Source: Candidatus Multivoradales bacterium
GTDB lineage: Bacteria > Acidobacteriota > Thermoanaerobaculia > Multivoradales > JAHEKO01
Direction of reading: 5' to 3'
Length of the DNA: 64,000 nucleotides
Assembly: GCA_965223855.1 (NCBI GenBank)
Contig: CBDCXM010000009.1
Coordinates: 2,240,001 to 2,304,000, forward strand
The notes beneath the pieces are model-generated. The model saw only the letters and a program-made list of their open reading frames with translations, made no database searches and was not told the DNA's origin. Shown piece by piece: positions 28,939-38,700 of the stretch (positions are counted from its first letter, which is position 1; the number at the start of each line of letters is the position of its first letter). Position numbers and translations under genes: made by a program.

Positions 28939-30210
28939 ATGACCGAGTCGCCGGAAGCGCGCGTCCTGGAACGCTCCGAGCACCCGATCTCGCGCAGGAA
29001 CATCGGCGCCGAGGCCCTCAAGGTCCTGAAGCGCCTCGACGGCCGCGGCTTCAAGGGCTACCTGGTCGGCGGCGGTGTTCGCGACCTGATGCTGGGGCGG
29101 ACGCCGAAGGACTTCGATATCGCGACCGACGCCAGTCCCGGTCAGGTCAAGCGGCTGTTTCGCAACTCGAGGATCATCGGCCGGCGATTCCGGCTGGCGC
29201 ACGTGTTCTTCGGGCCGACGATCATCGAGGTGGCGACGTTCCGGCGCGACCCCGATCCGCAGGGGCAGAAGTCCCCTCCCGGGGACCTGCTGATCACGAG
29301 CGACAACGAGTTCGGAACCCCCCGTGAGGACGCCTTCCGGCGAGACTTCACGGTCAACGCGCTCTTCTACGACATCTCGAGCTTCACGGTCCTCGACTAC
29401 GTCGGCGGCATCGAGGATCTCGCCGACGGCGTCATCCGGACGATCGGAGACCCCGAGGTTCGCTTCTGCGAGGACCCGGTCAGGATGATGCGCGCCTGCG
29501 AGATGGCGGGGCGGCTCGACTTCACCATCGACCGTGCCTCGCAGGAGGCGATCCAGAGTCTCGCCCGCGAGATCGAGAAGGCGGCGCCGGCGCGGATGAC
29601 GGAAGAGATCGTCCAGCTGCTCCGATGCGGAGCCGCCGGGCCGTCGATGCAGTGGATGCACGACCTCGACCTGCTCGACATCGTGCTGCCGGAGGCGGCC
29701 GTCGTCCTGGAAGCCAGGAAGCACGGGCTCGACGACTTCGAGATGCTCGTGCCGGCGATCGACAGGCTGGTGAACGACGGCTGTCAGCTCAGCGATCCGA
29801 CCCTCCTGGCGGCGCTGTTGCTGCCGACGGTTCTCCTCGAGCGGCGCGAGGTGGAGACGTCGACGGGCCGGCGGATCCTGAGACGGCGGTTGCGCAGACT
29901 GACGGAAGACGTCGCCGCACCGTTCTTCTCGCGCCTCACCCTGGCGAAGTTCAAGTCCGAAGCCGCACTCCAGGCGCTCGACACCTTCCACAGTCTCGGC
30001 GAGCGCAACTGGAACCTGCAGGAGCGGATCCAACTTGCCAGGCGGGCGTCGTTCGGCGACGCTCTCGATCTGTTTCGGATCCTCGTGGCGACCACCGGCG
30101 AAGGGGAGGCGGAGTACGCGGCGTGGGAGCGGGTGCGTCGCGAGGTCCCCGGTCGCAAACGGCCGGCCCGGCCGCGCCGTCGGCGACGGCGCCGGGGACG
30201 TCGGCGCTAG
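28939..30210 (+). CDS. pcnB: Poly(A) polymerase I
   Basis: LVGGGVRD..LG..PKDFDIAT, the PAP-specific IIGRRFRLAHV, RRDFTVNALFYD, EDPVRMMRA; Arg-rich tail. Confidence 0.92.
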   Translation: MTESPEARVLERSEHPISRRNIGAEALKVLKRLDGRGFKGYLVGGGVRDLMLGRTPKDFDIATDASPGQVKRLFRNSRIIGRRFRLAHVFFGPTIIEVATFRRDPDPQGQKSPPGDLLITSDNEFGTPREDAFRRDFTVNALFYDISSFTVLDYVGGIEDLADGVIRTIGDPEVRFCEDPVRMMRACEMAGRLDFTIDRASQEAIQSLAREIEKAAPARMTEEIVQLLRCGAAGPSMQWMHDLDLLDIVLPEAAVVLEARKHGLDDFEMLVPAIDRLVNDGCQLSDPTLLAALLLPTVLLERREVETSTGRRILRRRLRRLTEDVAAPFFSRLTLAKFKSEAALQALDTFHSLGERNWNLQERIQLARRASFGDALDLFRILVATTGEGEAEYAAWERVRREVPGRKRPARPRRRRRRRGRRR

Positions 30211-30386
30211 CCGCGCCTTCCCTCGCCGTCGGGAGCCGCCCCAGCCTTCTCTCGCTTCGAGCGCCAGGGGCTTCGCGTGCGGCCTCGCCCGCCGGGCATC
30301 CCGGCTGACCTGCCGTTCGGGGCACGATGAGGCGCCGGGGCAGGTGGGATCGTCGGTCGAGCAGAGCCTTGAGAGACTCTCCGGGC

Positions 30387-30402
30387 TGTGACATTTTTCA
30401 CA
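30387..30402. promoter_or_regulatory. CRP/FNR-family operator TGTGA-N6-TCACA upstream of sdhCAB
   Basis: Perfect TGTGA CATTTT TCACA in an AT-rich patch; -10-like TATGGT/TACATT at 30424-30434. Confidence 0.6.
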
Positions 30403-30649
30403 CACCGATATTCTGGCGCGTGTTATGGTACATTTTGTCAGCGCGGTTCAGGGCTCTTCAGGAACAACCCGAGCCGCCCCAAAATCAGGTTCCTCGCCCA
30501 TTCGGGCGTCCCCCCAAGGTGGGTTCCGGCGATACGCACGAACCCACCATTTTTTTGTCCGGTCGCATCGGCGCGCGACCGCCCTGCGAACAGGCTAAGA
30601 TGAAGTCTGAACCGACGCGGCCCCGCTGGGGGCAGGAAGGGAAGCTCCA

Positions 30650-31318
30650 GTGCTGACTCTCTATCGCTCGGCCATGGGCAAGAAGGTCCTCATGGCCGTC
30701 ACCGGTCTGATGCTCTTCGGTTTCGTTCTCGGCCACATGGCGGGGAATCTGAAGCTCTATCAGGGGCCCGAGAAGATGAACGCCTACGCGGAGTGGCTGC
30801 GCGAACTCGGTTCGCCGATGCTGCCTCACGAAGGGGCGCTGTGGATCGCTCGCGTCGGCCTCCTGGCGGCGGTCGGGCTCCACATTCTCTCGGCCTGGCA
30901 GCTCACCCGGATGAGCCGCAACGCACGCCCGCAGGGCTACGGCCGACGGGCTCGAGTGCAGGCGACCTATGCCTCGCGCACCATGCGGTGGGGAGGGGTC
31001 GTGATCCTGCTCTTCATCGTCTACCACCTGATGCATCTGACTTTCGGCAACGTGCATGGTGGCTTCGTGCCCGGCGACGTCTACCACAACGTCGTCAGCG
31101 GCTTTCAGGTGTGGCCGGTGAGCCTGTTCTACATCGTCGCGCAGGTCGCGCTGGCGATGCACCTCTACCACGGGCTGTGGAGTCTCTTCCAGACGCTGGG
31201 GCTCAACCAGGGCGGGGCCGATTCCGGCTGGCGGAAGTTCGCCCTCGCCTTTTCCGCAATCGTCTTCCTCGGCAATCTGTCGTTCCCGATCGCCGTGCTG
31301 ACCGGCCTGGTGGCCTGA
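30650..31318 (+). CDS. sdhC: Succinate dehydrogenase/fumarate reductase cytochrome b subunit
   Basis: KKVLMAVTG, HMAGNL, ASRTM, HLYHG (heme-ligand His). Confidence 0.93.
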   Translation: MLTLYRSAMGKKVLMAVTGLMLFGFVLGHMAGNLKLYQGPEKMNAYAEWLRELGSPMLPHEGALWIARVGLLAAVGLHILSAWQLTRMSRNARPQGYGRRARVQATYASRTMRWGGVVILLFIVYHLMHLTFGNVHGGFVPGDVYHNVVSGFQVWPVSLFYIVAQVALAMHLYHGLWSLFQTLGLNQGGADSGWRKFALAFSAIVFLGNLSFPIAVLTGLVA

Positions 31319-31355
31319 GACCGGTGGCTGTGACCCCCGGTAGGAGAGAGTGGCG

Positions 31356-33272
31356 ATGACGCTCAACGCAAGAGTCCCCGACGGCCCGCTGGCCGACAAG
31401 TGGACCGACTACAAGTTCCAGCTGAAGCTGGTGAACCCGGCCAACAAGCGGCGGTTCGAGGTGATCGTCGTCGGCTCGGGGCTCGCCGGCGCCTCGGCTT
31501 CGGCGACCCTCGCCGAACTCGGCTACAACGTGAAGTGCTTCTGCTATCAGGACAGCGCCCGCCGCGCGCACTCGATCGCCGCTCAGGGTGGCATCAATGC
31601 CGCCAAGAACTACCAGAACGACGGCGACAGCGTGCACCGGCTCTTCTACGACACGGTCAAGGGTGGTGATTTCCGCTCGCGCGAGGCCAACGTCCATCGG
31701 CTCGCCGAGGTCAGCGTCAACATCATCGACCAGTGCGTCGCGCAGGGGGTGCCGTTCGCGCGCGAGTACGGCGGCCACCTCGCCAATCGCTCGTTCGGCG
31801 GTGCGCAGGTGTCGCGAACCTTCTACGCCCGCGGGCAGACCGGCCAGCAGCTGCTGCTCGGCGCCTACCAGGCGCTGCAGCGCCAGATCGGTCTCGGCAA
31901 CGTCGAGATGCACACCCGCACCGAGATGCTCGACCTGGTGGTGGAGGACGGCCGGGCGCGGGGCATCATCACGCGCGACATGGTGAGCGGCGAGATCCGC
32001 TCCTGGTCGGCCGACGCGGTGGTGCTGGCGACCGGCGGCTACGTCAACGTGTTCTTCCTCTCGACCAACGCCAAGGGGTGCAACACGACGGCGATCTGGC
32101 GCGCCCACCGGCGCGGCGCCTACTTCGCGAACCCGTGCTACACGCAGATCCACCCGACCTGCATTCCCGTCAGTGGCGAGTACCAGTCGAAGCTCACGCT
32201 GATGAGCGAGTCGTTGCGCAACGACGGCCGGATCTGGGTGCCGAAGAAGAAGGGCGACGATCGGTCTCCGTCGCAGATCCCGGACGATGAGCGCGACTAC
32301 TACCTGGAGCGCAAGTACCCGGCGTTCGGCAACCTGGTGCCGCGCGACATCGCCTCGCGGGCGGCCAAGGAGGTGTGCGACGAGGGGCACGGTGTCGCGC
32401 ATGCGGGCCTCGGCGTCTATCTCGACTTCGAGGATGCGATCGCGCGCCTCGGCCGGCAGGCGATCCAGGACCGCTACGGCAATCTGTTCGCCATGTACGA
32501 GCGCATCACCGGCGACGATCCGTTCGACACGCCGATGAAGATCTACCCGGCGCCGCACTACAGCATGGGCGGACTGTGGGTCGACTACAACCTGATGTCG
32601 AACGTTCCGGGTCTCTACGTCATCGGCGAGGCGAACTTCTCCGATCACGGCGCCAACCGGCTCGGCGCCAGTGCGCTGATGCAGGGGCTGGCGGACGGAT
32701 ACTTCGTGCTGCCGTACACGATCGGCGACTACCTGGCGAAGCACATGGGTGAAGAGCCGCTCTCGACCGATGCTCCCGCGTTCCGGGCGGTGGAGGACGA
32801 GGTGAGGGGCCGGATCGACACGCTGCTGTCGGTCGACGGCAGCCGGACGCCGGAGTCGTTCCACCGTGAGCTCGGCCGTCTGGTGTGGGACAAGTGCGGC
32901 ATGGCCCGCAGCCGCGAGGGGCTCCAGGAGGCGCTCGCGAAGCTCCCCGATCTCAGAGAGCGCTTCTGGCGCGAGGTCAAGGTGAACGGCAGCGGGGAAG
33001 AGCTCAACCAGTCGCTCGAGGTTGCCGGCCGCGTCGCCGATTTCCTCGAGCTCGGCGAGCTGATGTGCCGCGACGCCCTCGAGCGCGAGGAGTCGTGCGG
33101 CACCCACTTCCGGACCGAGTATCAGACCCCGGAGGGGGAGGCGCGGCGCAACGACGAGGAGTTCACCTACGTCGCCGCCTGGGAGTGGGGCGGAGAGGGG
33201 CAGGCGGCCACCGTGCACAAGGAGTCGCTCGAGTTCGAAGGGCTCGAGTTGAGTCAGAGGAGCTACAAGTAA
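31356..33272 (+). CDS. sdhA: Succinate dehydrogenase/fumarate reductase flavoprotein
   Basis: [39 protein letters not shown]. Confidence 0.96.
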   Translation: MTLNARVPDGPLADKWTDYKFQLKLVNPANKRRFEVIVVGSGLAGASASATLAELGYNVKCFCYQDSARRAHSIAAQGGINAAKNYQNDGDSVHRLFYDTVKGGDFRSREANVHRLAEVSVNIIDQCVAQGVPFAREYGGHLANRSFGGAQVSRTFYARGQTGQQLLLGAYQALQRQIGLGNVEMHTRTEMLDLVVEDGRARGIITRDMVSGEIRSWSADAVVLATGGYVNVFFLSTNAKGCNTTAIWRAHRRGAYFANPCYTQIHPTCIPVSGEYQSKLTLMSESLRNDGRIWVPKKKGDDRSPSQIPDDERDYYLERKYPAFGNLVPRDIASRAAKEVCDEGHGVAHAGLGVYLDFEDAIARLGRQAIQDRYGNLFAMYERITGDDPFDTPMKIYPAPHYSMGGLWVDYNLMSNVPGLYVIGEANFSDHGANRLGASALMQGLADGYFVLPYTIGDYLAKHMGEEPLSTDAPAFRAVEDEVRGRIDTLLSVDGSRTPESFHRELGRLVWDKCGMARSREGLQEALAKLPDLRERFWREVKVNGSGEELNQSLEVAGRVADFLELGELMCRDALEREESCGTHFRTEYQTPEGEARRNDEEFTYVAAWEWGGEGQAATVHKESLEFEGLELSQRSYK

Positions 33273-34024
33273 TGCGAATGCAACTGAGAGTCTGGCGTCA
33301 GGAGAGCCGAGACGTGCAGGGCGGCTTTGTCGACTACACGGTCGACGACGTCTCGCCCGACATGTCGTTCCTCGAGATGCTCGACGTGCTCAACGAGCAG
33401 CTCGCCGAGCGTGGAGACGAGCCGATCGCGTTCGATCACGACTGCCGCGAGGGGATCTGCGGCACCTGCAGTCTGATGATCAACGGCACGGCGCACGGCC
33501 CGAACAAGGCCACGACGACCTGCCAGCTCCACATGCGCTCCTTCCGCGACGGCGATTCGATCCAGATCGAGCCGTGGCGGGCCGCCGCCTTCCCGGTGCT
33601 GCGCGATCTGGTCGTCGATCGCAGCCCGTTCGACGAGATCATCCAGGCGGGCGGATTCGTGTCGGTCAACACCGGGAGCGCTCCGGACGCCAATCTGATC
33701 CCGATCGGCAAGCCGGTCGCCGACCGCGCGATGGACGCCGCCGAGTGCATCGGCTGCGGCGCCTGCGTCGCGCAGTGTCCCAACGGTGCCGCTCAGCTCT
33801 TCACGGCCGCCAAGGTGGCGCAGCTGGCGATCCTGCCGCAGGGGCAGCCCGAGCGAACCCAGCGCGTGCGGCGGATGGTGGAGACGATGGAGGCGAGCTT
33901 CGGTTCGTGCTCCAACTTCACCGAGTGCGAGGCGGTCTGCCCGAAGGAGATCTCGGTCGATTTCATCGGCACGATGAATCGCGAGTACCTCAAGGCGACG
34001 CTCTGCGGCGACGCAGCCGATTGA
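33272..34024 (+). CDS. sdhB: Succinate dehydrogenase/fumarate reductase Fe-S subunit
   Basis: [33 protein letters not shown]; ATG 33272 overlaps the sdhA stop. Confidence 0.96.
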   Translation: MRMQLRVWRQESRDVQGGFVDYTVDDVSPDMSFLEMLDVLNEQLAERGDEPIAFDHDCREGICGTCSLMINGTAHGPNKATTTCQLHMRSFRDGDSIQIEPWRAAAFPVLRDLVVDRSPFDEIIQAGGFVSVNTGSAPDANLIPIGKPVADRAMDAAECIGCGACVAQCPNGAAQLFTAAKVAQLAILPQGQPERTQRVRRMVETMEASFGSCSNFTECEAVCPKEISVDFIGTMNREYLKATLCGDAAD

Positions 34025-34161
34025 CCGCATCGACGACCGTCGGCCTGCCCGGGCGGAGGATCCGGTCCGGCGCCTCGCGCTGTAACCGATCCGTGTTCGG
34101 GCGCATCTAGAATAGGCAGCGGTGCGTACCTTCTCGAAGTTGAGGGCGACCCGTCCACTCC

Positions 34162-37100
34162 ATGCCTCGTAAGCCGAATCCGATCGTCGATTTCTCGGTC
34201 AACCGTCGCATCACGCTCGTGATGGCGGTGGCCGGCCTGCTCGTGCTCGGCTGGATGTCGGTCACCCGGCTGCCGCTCGAGTTTCTGCCTTCGTTCTCCT
34301 CGTCGAGCGTCTCGGTGAGCGTCAGCTACCCGTCGTCGTCTCCGGAGGAGATCGCCCGCCTCATCGTCCAGCCGCTCGAGGACAGCCTCGGCACGATCAA
34401 CGGCATCGAGACGATGTCGTCGTCGGCGGACGCCAGCTCAGGCGACGTCCGCCTGACGTTCGTCGACGGCACCGACATGGAACTGGCCGCCGTCGACGTC
34501 CGCGACCGGGTCGATCGGGTGCGTCACCTCCTTCCCGATGACGTCGACCGCGTGCGGATCCGCCGCTTCCAGAGCAGCGACATCCCGGTTCTGAGCTCTC
34601 ACCTGAGCGCGGACTGGCCGCGCGAGCGGCTGTTCGACTTCGCAGAGAACACGGTGCAGCGCAGGCTCGAGAGACTCGAGGGGGTGGCGCAGGTGACGCT
34701 GCGGGGTGTCGAGAGTCCGAAGGTACAGATCGATCTCGACCCGGACCGCCTGCAGGCACACCGGGTGAACGTCCGCGACCTGGTCGCGCGCCTGCGCGCC
34801 GAGAACCGCGACCTGACCGCCGGCGACGTCACCGACGGCGGCCGTGAGCTGCTCGTGCGCACGCTCGGCGAGTTCCGCAGTCTCGACGAGATCCGGCGCC
34901 TGCCGCTGGGCGCCGACGGGTTGCGCCTGGAGGACGTTGCGGAAGTCACCTATACCTTCCCGCAGCAGGAGGACTTCTCGTTCCTCAACGGCACCGAGGC
35001 GTTGACGGTGCGAGTCAACAAGACCTCGACCAGCAACGTCCTCGACGTCGTCGATGTCGTCCAGGCCGAGATGGCCGCGATCCTCGAGCTCGAAGCGGCC
35101 GAGGGGATTCGCTGGCGCCCCTACCACGACGCCTCGATCGAGGTTCGCGAGGGTCTGGCGCAGCTGCGCAACGCCGGGCTCTTCGGTGCCGGCCTCGCGA
35201 TCCTGGCGGTGTTCGTCTTCCTGCGGCGGCTGCGCACCACGCTGCTCGTGGCGTTGGCGATGCCGGTCTCCGTGGTCGCGACCTTCGCGGCGATGTACCT
35301 GCTGCGCCAGGGGCAGCTCTCGGACATCACCCTGAACGTCGTCAGCCTCGCCGGCCTGATGCTGGCTCTCGGCATGCTGGTCGACAACTCGATCGTCGTG
35401 ATCGAGTCGATCTTTCGCCATCGCAACGAGCTCGGCGAGCCGTCGCGGACCGCCGCCCTCAAGGGGGCGAGTGAAGTGGCGCTGCCGATCCTCGCCTCGA
35501 CCGCGACGACGCTGTGCGTCTTCACGCCGATCATCTTCATGGGGGGCAGCGGCTTCCTCCAGACCTACATGATCAACATCGCGACGACGATCTCGATCGT
35601 TATCGCCACGTCGCTCGTCGTCTCGCTGACCCTGGTGCCGATGGTGGCGGTCTGGCTGCTGGAGCGGCAGCAGAGCCGTCCGCCGGGCCTCATCAGCCGC
35701 TGGCGCGACGGCTACGCCCGGACTCTCGCCTTCACCCTCCATCACCGGGGGGTGTTCCTGATCCTCATCGTCGCCATGCTCGGCGGCGCGATCTACCTCT
35801 TCGGCACCATCGAGCGCTCGTTCTCGAGCGGCGGCGAGGAGCGGCAGGTGATCGTTTCGGTCGACACGCCGAGGCAGTACTCGTTCGAGCAGACCGAGGC
35901 TCTCTACGCCGAGCTCTACGATCTCTTCGACGCGCGCCGCGACGAACTCGACATCGCCGACATCGCACACTCCTACGACCGGGGGACCGGCCGCTCGCGG
36001 GGCGGCTGGCGCGGCGGCCGGCGCTTCGAGATCTTCCTCACCGACGAGTCGGAGGCGACGAAGACCACCGCCGAGATCCGCGACGAGGTCCGCGGCCTCC
36101 TGCCGACCCGGGCCGGAGTCGGCCTGAGGATCGCGCAGACCCGCCACCGCTCGGGATCCGGCGGCATCGAGGTCGAGCTCTCCGGGGACGATCTCGCGGT
36201 GCTCGAGCGGCTCAGCAAGAGGCTCACGAAGGAGCTGGCGGCGTTGCCGATGCTCAAGGACATCGACACGACGCTCGAGTCGGGCGACGAGGAGATCCAC
36301 GTCAAGGTGCAGACCGACCGCATCACCCAGGCGGGTCTCTCGAGCAACGCCGTGGCGGCGACGGTCTCGAACTCGCTCACCAGTCGGGCGGTCAGCCGGA
36401 TGCGGGCAGCCGATCGGGAGATCGACATCGTCGTCCAGTACCGCGAGGAGGATCGCGAGACGCTGGAGCAGTTGAAGTCGGTGCCGGTGTTTGCCAACGG
36501 GACGCCGGTGCCGCTGTCGGCGCTTGCTGAGTTCGAGCAGGTGGCGGGCCCGCAGAAGGTCGAGCGTGAGAACCACCGCGCGAAGGTGCAGGTGACCGCC
36601 AACGCGGAGGCCGACTCCGCCTTCATGGCGATGGGCGCGGTCGGCCGGCTGATGGCGCAGTTTCCGCTGCCGCCGGGTTACGAGTGGAGCTTCGGCCGCT
36701 GGAACCGCTACCAGCAGCAGGACCAGGCGCAGGGCAGGTTCGCCTTCGTCTTCGGTCTGCTGCTCGTCTACATGCTGATGGCGGCTCTCTTCGAGAGCTT
36801 CGCCCAGCCGTTCACCATCATGTTCTCGGTGCCGTTCGCGCTCCTCGGCGTGGCGGTGGTGATGAAGCTGTTCAACCAGCAGCTCGATCCGATGGCGATG
36901 CTCGGGCTGGTGATCCTGATGGGCGTCGTCGTCAACAACGCGATCGTGCTGATCGACCACATCAACAGCCTGCGCAAGGACGGCATGGGTCGCGACGCGG
37001 CGATCCTCCAGGGCGGCAAGGACCGCCTGCGGCCGATCCTCATCACCGCGGTCACGACCATCGTAGGGCTGCTGCCGCTGGTGGCTCCGATCCTCCTGCC

Positions 37101-37272
37101 GTCGCTCTTCGGGCCGATCGAGGGGCGTGCCGGGACCTGGGCTCCGATCGGACTGGTCATCATGGGCGGCCTCACCACCTCGACCTTCCTCACCCTGATC
37201 ATCATTCCGACTCTCTATTCTCTGATCGACGACCTCACCGGATTCGCGCGCCGCGTTCTGCGAGCTGCCTGA
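34162..37272 (+). CDS. RND efflux permease (AcrB/SwrC-like)
   Basis: 1036 aa; GMLVDNSIVVIE, GVVVNNAIV, RLRPILIT, GGLTTST. Confidence 0.92.
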   Translation: MPRKPNPIVDFSVNRRITLVMAVAGLLVLGWMSVTRLPLEFLPSFSSSSVSVSVSYPSSSPEEIARLIVQPLEDSLGTINGIETMSSSADASSGDVRLTFVDGTDMELAAVDVRDRVDRVRHLLPDDVDRVRIRRFQSSDIPVLSSHLSADWPRERLFDFAENTVQRRLERLEGVAQVTLRGVESPKVQIDLDPDRLQAHRVNVRDLVARLRAENRDLTAGDVTDGGRELLVRTLGEFRSLDEIRRLPLGADGLRLEDVAEVTYTFPQQEDFSFLNGTEALTVRVNKTSTSNVLDVVDVVQAEMAAILELEAAEGIRWRPYHDASIEVREGLAQLRNAGLFGAGLAILAVFVFLRRLRTTLLVALAMPVSVVATFAAMYLLRQGQLSDITLNVVSLAGLMLALGMLVDNSIVVIESIFRHRNELGEPSRTAALKGASEVALPILASTATTLCVFTPIIFMGGSGFLQTYMINIATTISIVIATSLVVSLTLVPMVAVWLLERQQSRPPGLISRWRDGYARTLAFTLHHRGVFLILIVAMLGGAIYLFGTIERSFSSGGEERQVIVSVDTPRQYSFEQTEALYAELYDLFDARRDELDIADIAHSYDRGTGRSRGGWRGGRRFEIFLTDESEATKTTAEIRDEVRGLLPTRAGVGLRIAQTRHRSGSGGIEVELSGDDLAVLERLSKRLTKELAALPMLKDIDTTLESGDEEIHVKVQTDRITQAGLSSNAVAATVSNSLTSRAVSRMRAADREIDIVVQYREEDRETLEQLKSVPVFANGTPVPLSALAEFEQVAGPQKVERENHRAKVQVTANAEADSAFMAMGAVGRLMAQFPLPPGYEWSFGRWNRYQQQDQAQGRFAFVFGLLLVYMLMAALFESFAQPFTIMFSVPFALLGVAVVMKLFNQQLDPMAMLGLVILMGVVVNNAIVLIDHINSLRKDGMGRDAAILQGGKDRLRPILITAVTTIVGLLPLVAPILLPSLFGPIEGRAGTWAPIGLVIMGGLTTSTFLTLIIIPTLYSLIDDLTGFARRVLRAA

Positions 37273-37293
37273 CCGCTGAAGGCTGGGGGAACG

Positions 37294-38679
37294 ATGTTGC
37301 GACGACTCTCGAACCTTGTGCGCCCATCGAGCGCCTTCTTGCCGGCACTGTTGCTGATCCTGGCTTGCGGTGGCGGGGACTCCGGTGACGGCCCGCCCGG
37401 CGGCGGTCGCGGGCGTGGCGGTCCGCCGGGAGGTTTCGGCGGTGCACCGACACCCGCAGCGGCCGTGCCGGTCGAGACCACGCCGGTCGTGCGCCGCGAC
37501 ATCGCGGCCTTCATCGAAACCAACGGGACGCTGGAGGCGGAGGAAGAGGTCGACATCGTCGCCCGCACGGCCGGGCCGATCGTGTCGCTCCAGGCCGAAG
37601 AGGACGACACCGTGAAGGCGGGAGAGCTCCTCGCCCGCCTGGACCAGGATCAGATCCGGGCTCAGCTCGAGGTGTCGCGCGTCGCCCTCCAGGAGGCGGA
37701 GACCGCCTTCGAGCGGGCGGAGGCGCTCCAGCGAGCGAACCTCATCAGCGCGGAGGAGTACGACCGCGCCCGCAACTCGCTCGACTCCGCGCGCGCCGCC
37801 TTTCGCGGCAACGAGATCCAGATGGGCTACACCAACATCCGTGCCCCCTTCGGCGGGCTGATCGTGCGCCGCTACGTGAAGTTCGCGGAGACGGTCAGCG
37901 TCAACCAGCCGCTCTTCCGGCTTTCGGACTTCGACCCGCTGCTGTGCCCGATCCAGGTTCCGGAGCGCGAACTGTCGCGCCTCGCCGTCGGCCAGAAAGC
38001 GCATCTCACGGTCGATGCCTGGCGGGGTGAGCGGTTCGAGGCGAGCGTGCTGCGGCTCTCCCCAGTCGTCGACGCCGCCACCGGCACCATCAGGGTGACG
38101 CTCGAGGTCGAGGGGCGGGGCAAGCTCCGGCCGGGGATGTTCGCCAGCGTCTTCCTGCAGACCGAGACCCACGAGGACGCACTGGTGATTCCCAAGGCGG
38201 CGCTGGCGCTCGACAGCATCGGTGACGCGGTGTTCGTCGCCGTCGACGGCGCGGCGGCGCGGCGCGAAGTCCGCCTCGGAGTTCGCGAGGGAGATTCGGT
38301 CGAGGTGGTCGAAGGTCTCGCGGAAGGGGACGCGGTCATCTCGGTCGGCCAGGACTCGGTTTCCGACGGCACACCGATCACCGTGCTCGACGGGCCGGGC
38401 GCGGGCGAAGGTGCTGACGCTGAGTCGAGGGAGAGCGGCATGGCGCCCGATCCCGAGCGGCTGGAGCGCTTCCGCGAGGGGATGCGCGAGCGCGGCCTGA
38501 GCGAGGAGGAGATCGACCAGCGCCTGGAGCAGATGCGGGAGCGCTTCGGTGGTTCCGGTCCGCCGCAGGGGCGTCCGGCACCTGGTGAGGACGACTCCGC
38601 CGGCGGCGACTCCGGCGACAGCGACGGCGCCGCGGACGGTGCGAGTCCCGCCCAGGATCCCTCGGGCGGCAACGGCTGA
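37294..38679 (+). CDS. RND periplasmic adaptor (membrane fusion protein), lipoprotein
   Basis: LILAC lipobox, VKAGELLARLD, IRAPFGG, LRPGMF, VVEGL..GD.V. Confidence 0.92.
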   Translation: MLRRLSNLVRPSSAFLPALLLILACGGGDSGDGPPGGGRGRGGPPGGFGGAPTPAAAVPVETTPVVRRDIAAFIETNGTLEAEEEVDIVARTAGPIVSLQAEEDDTVKAGELLARLDQDQIRAQLEVSRVALQEAETAFERAEALQRANLISAEEYDRARNSLDSARAAFRGNEIQMGYTNIRAPFGGLIVRRYVKFAETVSVNQPLFRLSDFDPLLCPIQVPERELSRLAVGQKAHLTVDAWRGERFEASVLRLSPVVDAATGTIRVTLEVEGRGKLRPGMFASVFLQTETHEDALVIPKAALALDSIGDAVFVAVDGAAARREVRLGVREGDSVEVVEGLAEGDAVISVGQDSVSDGTPITVLDGPGAGEGADAESRESGMAPDPERLERFREGMRERGLSEEEIDQRLEQMRERFGGSGPPQGRPAPGEDDSAGGDSGDSDGAADGASPAQDPSGGNG

Positions 38680-38700
38680 GCCGACGCCGAAGGCACTTCG

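Noticed and set aside
30387-30412. TGTGAC at the sdh promoter (also 12029 and 31329) as further ECF-motif copies
   Set aside because: No CGGTC at the required spacing; 30387 is better explained as a CRP-type palindrome.
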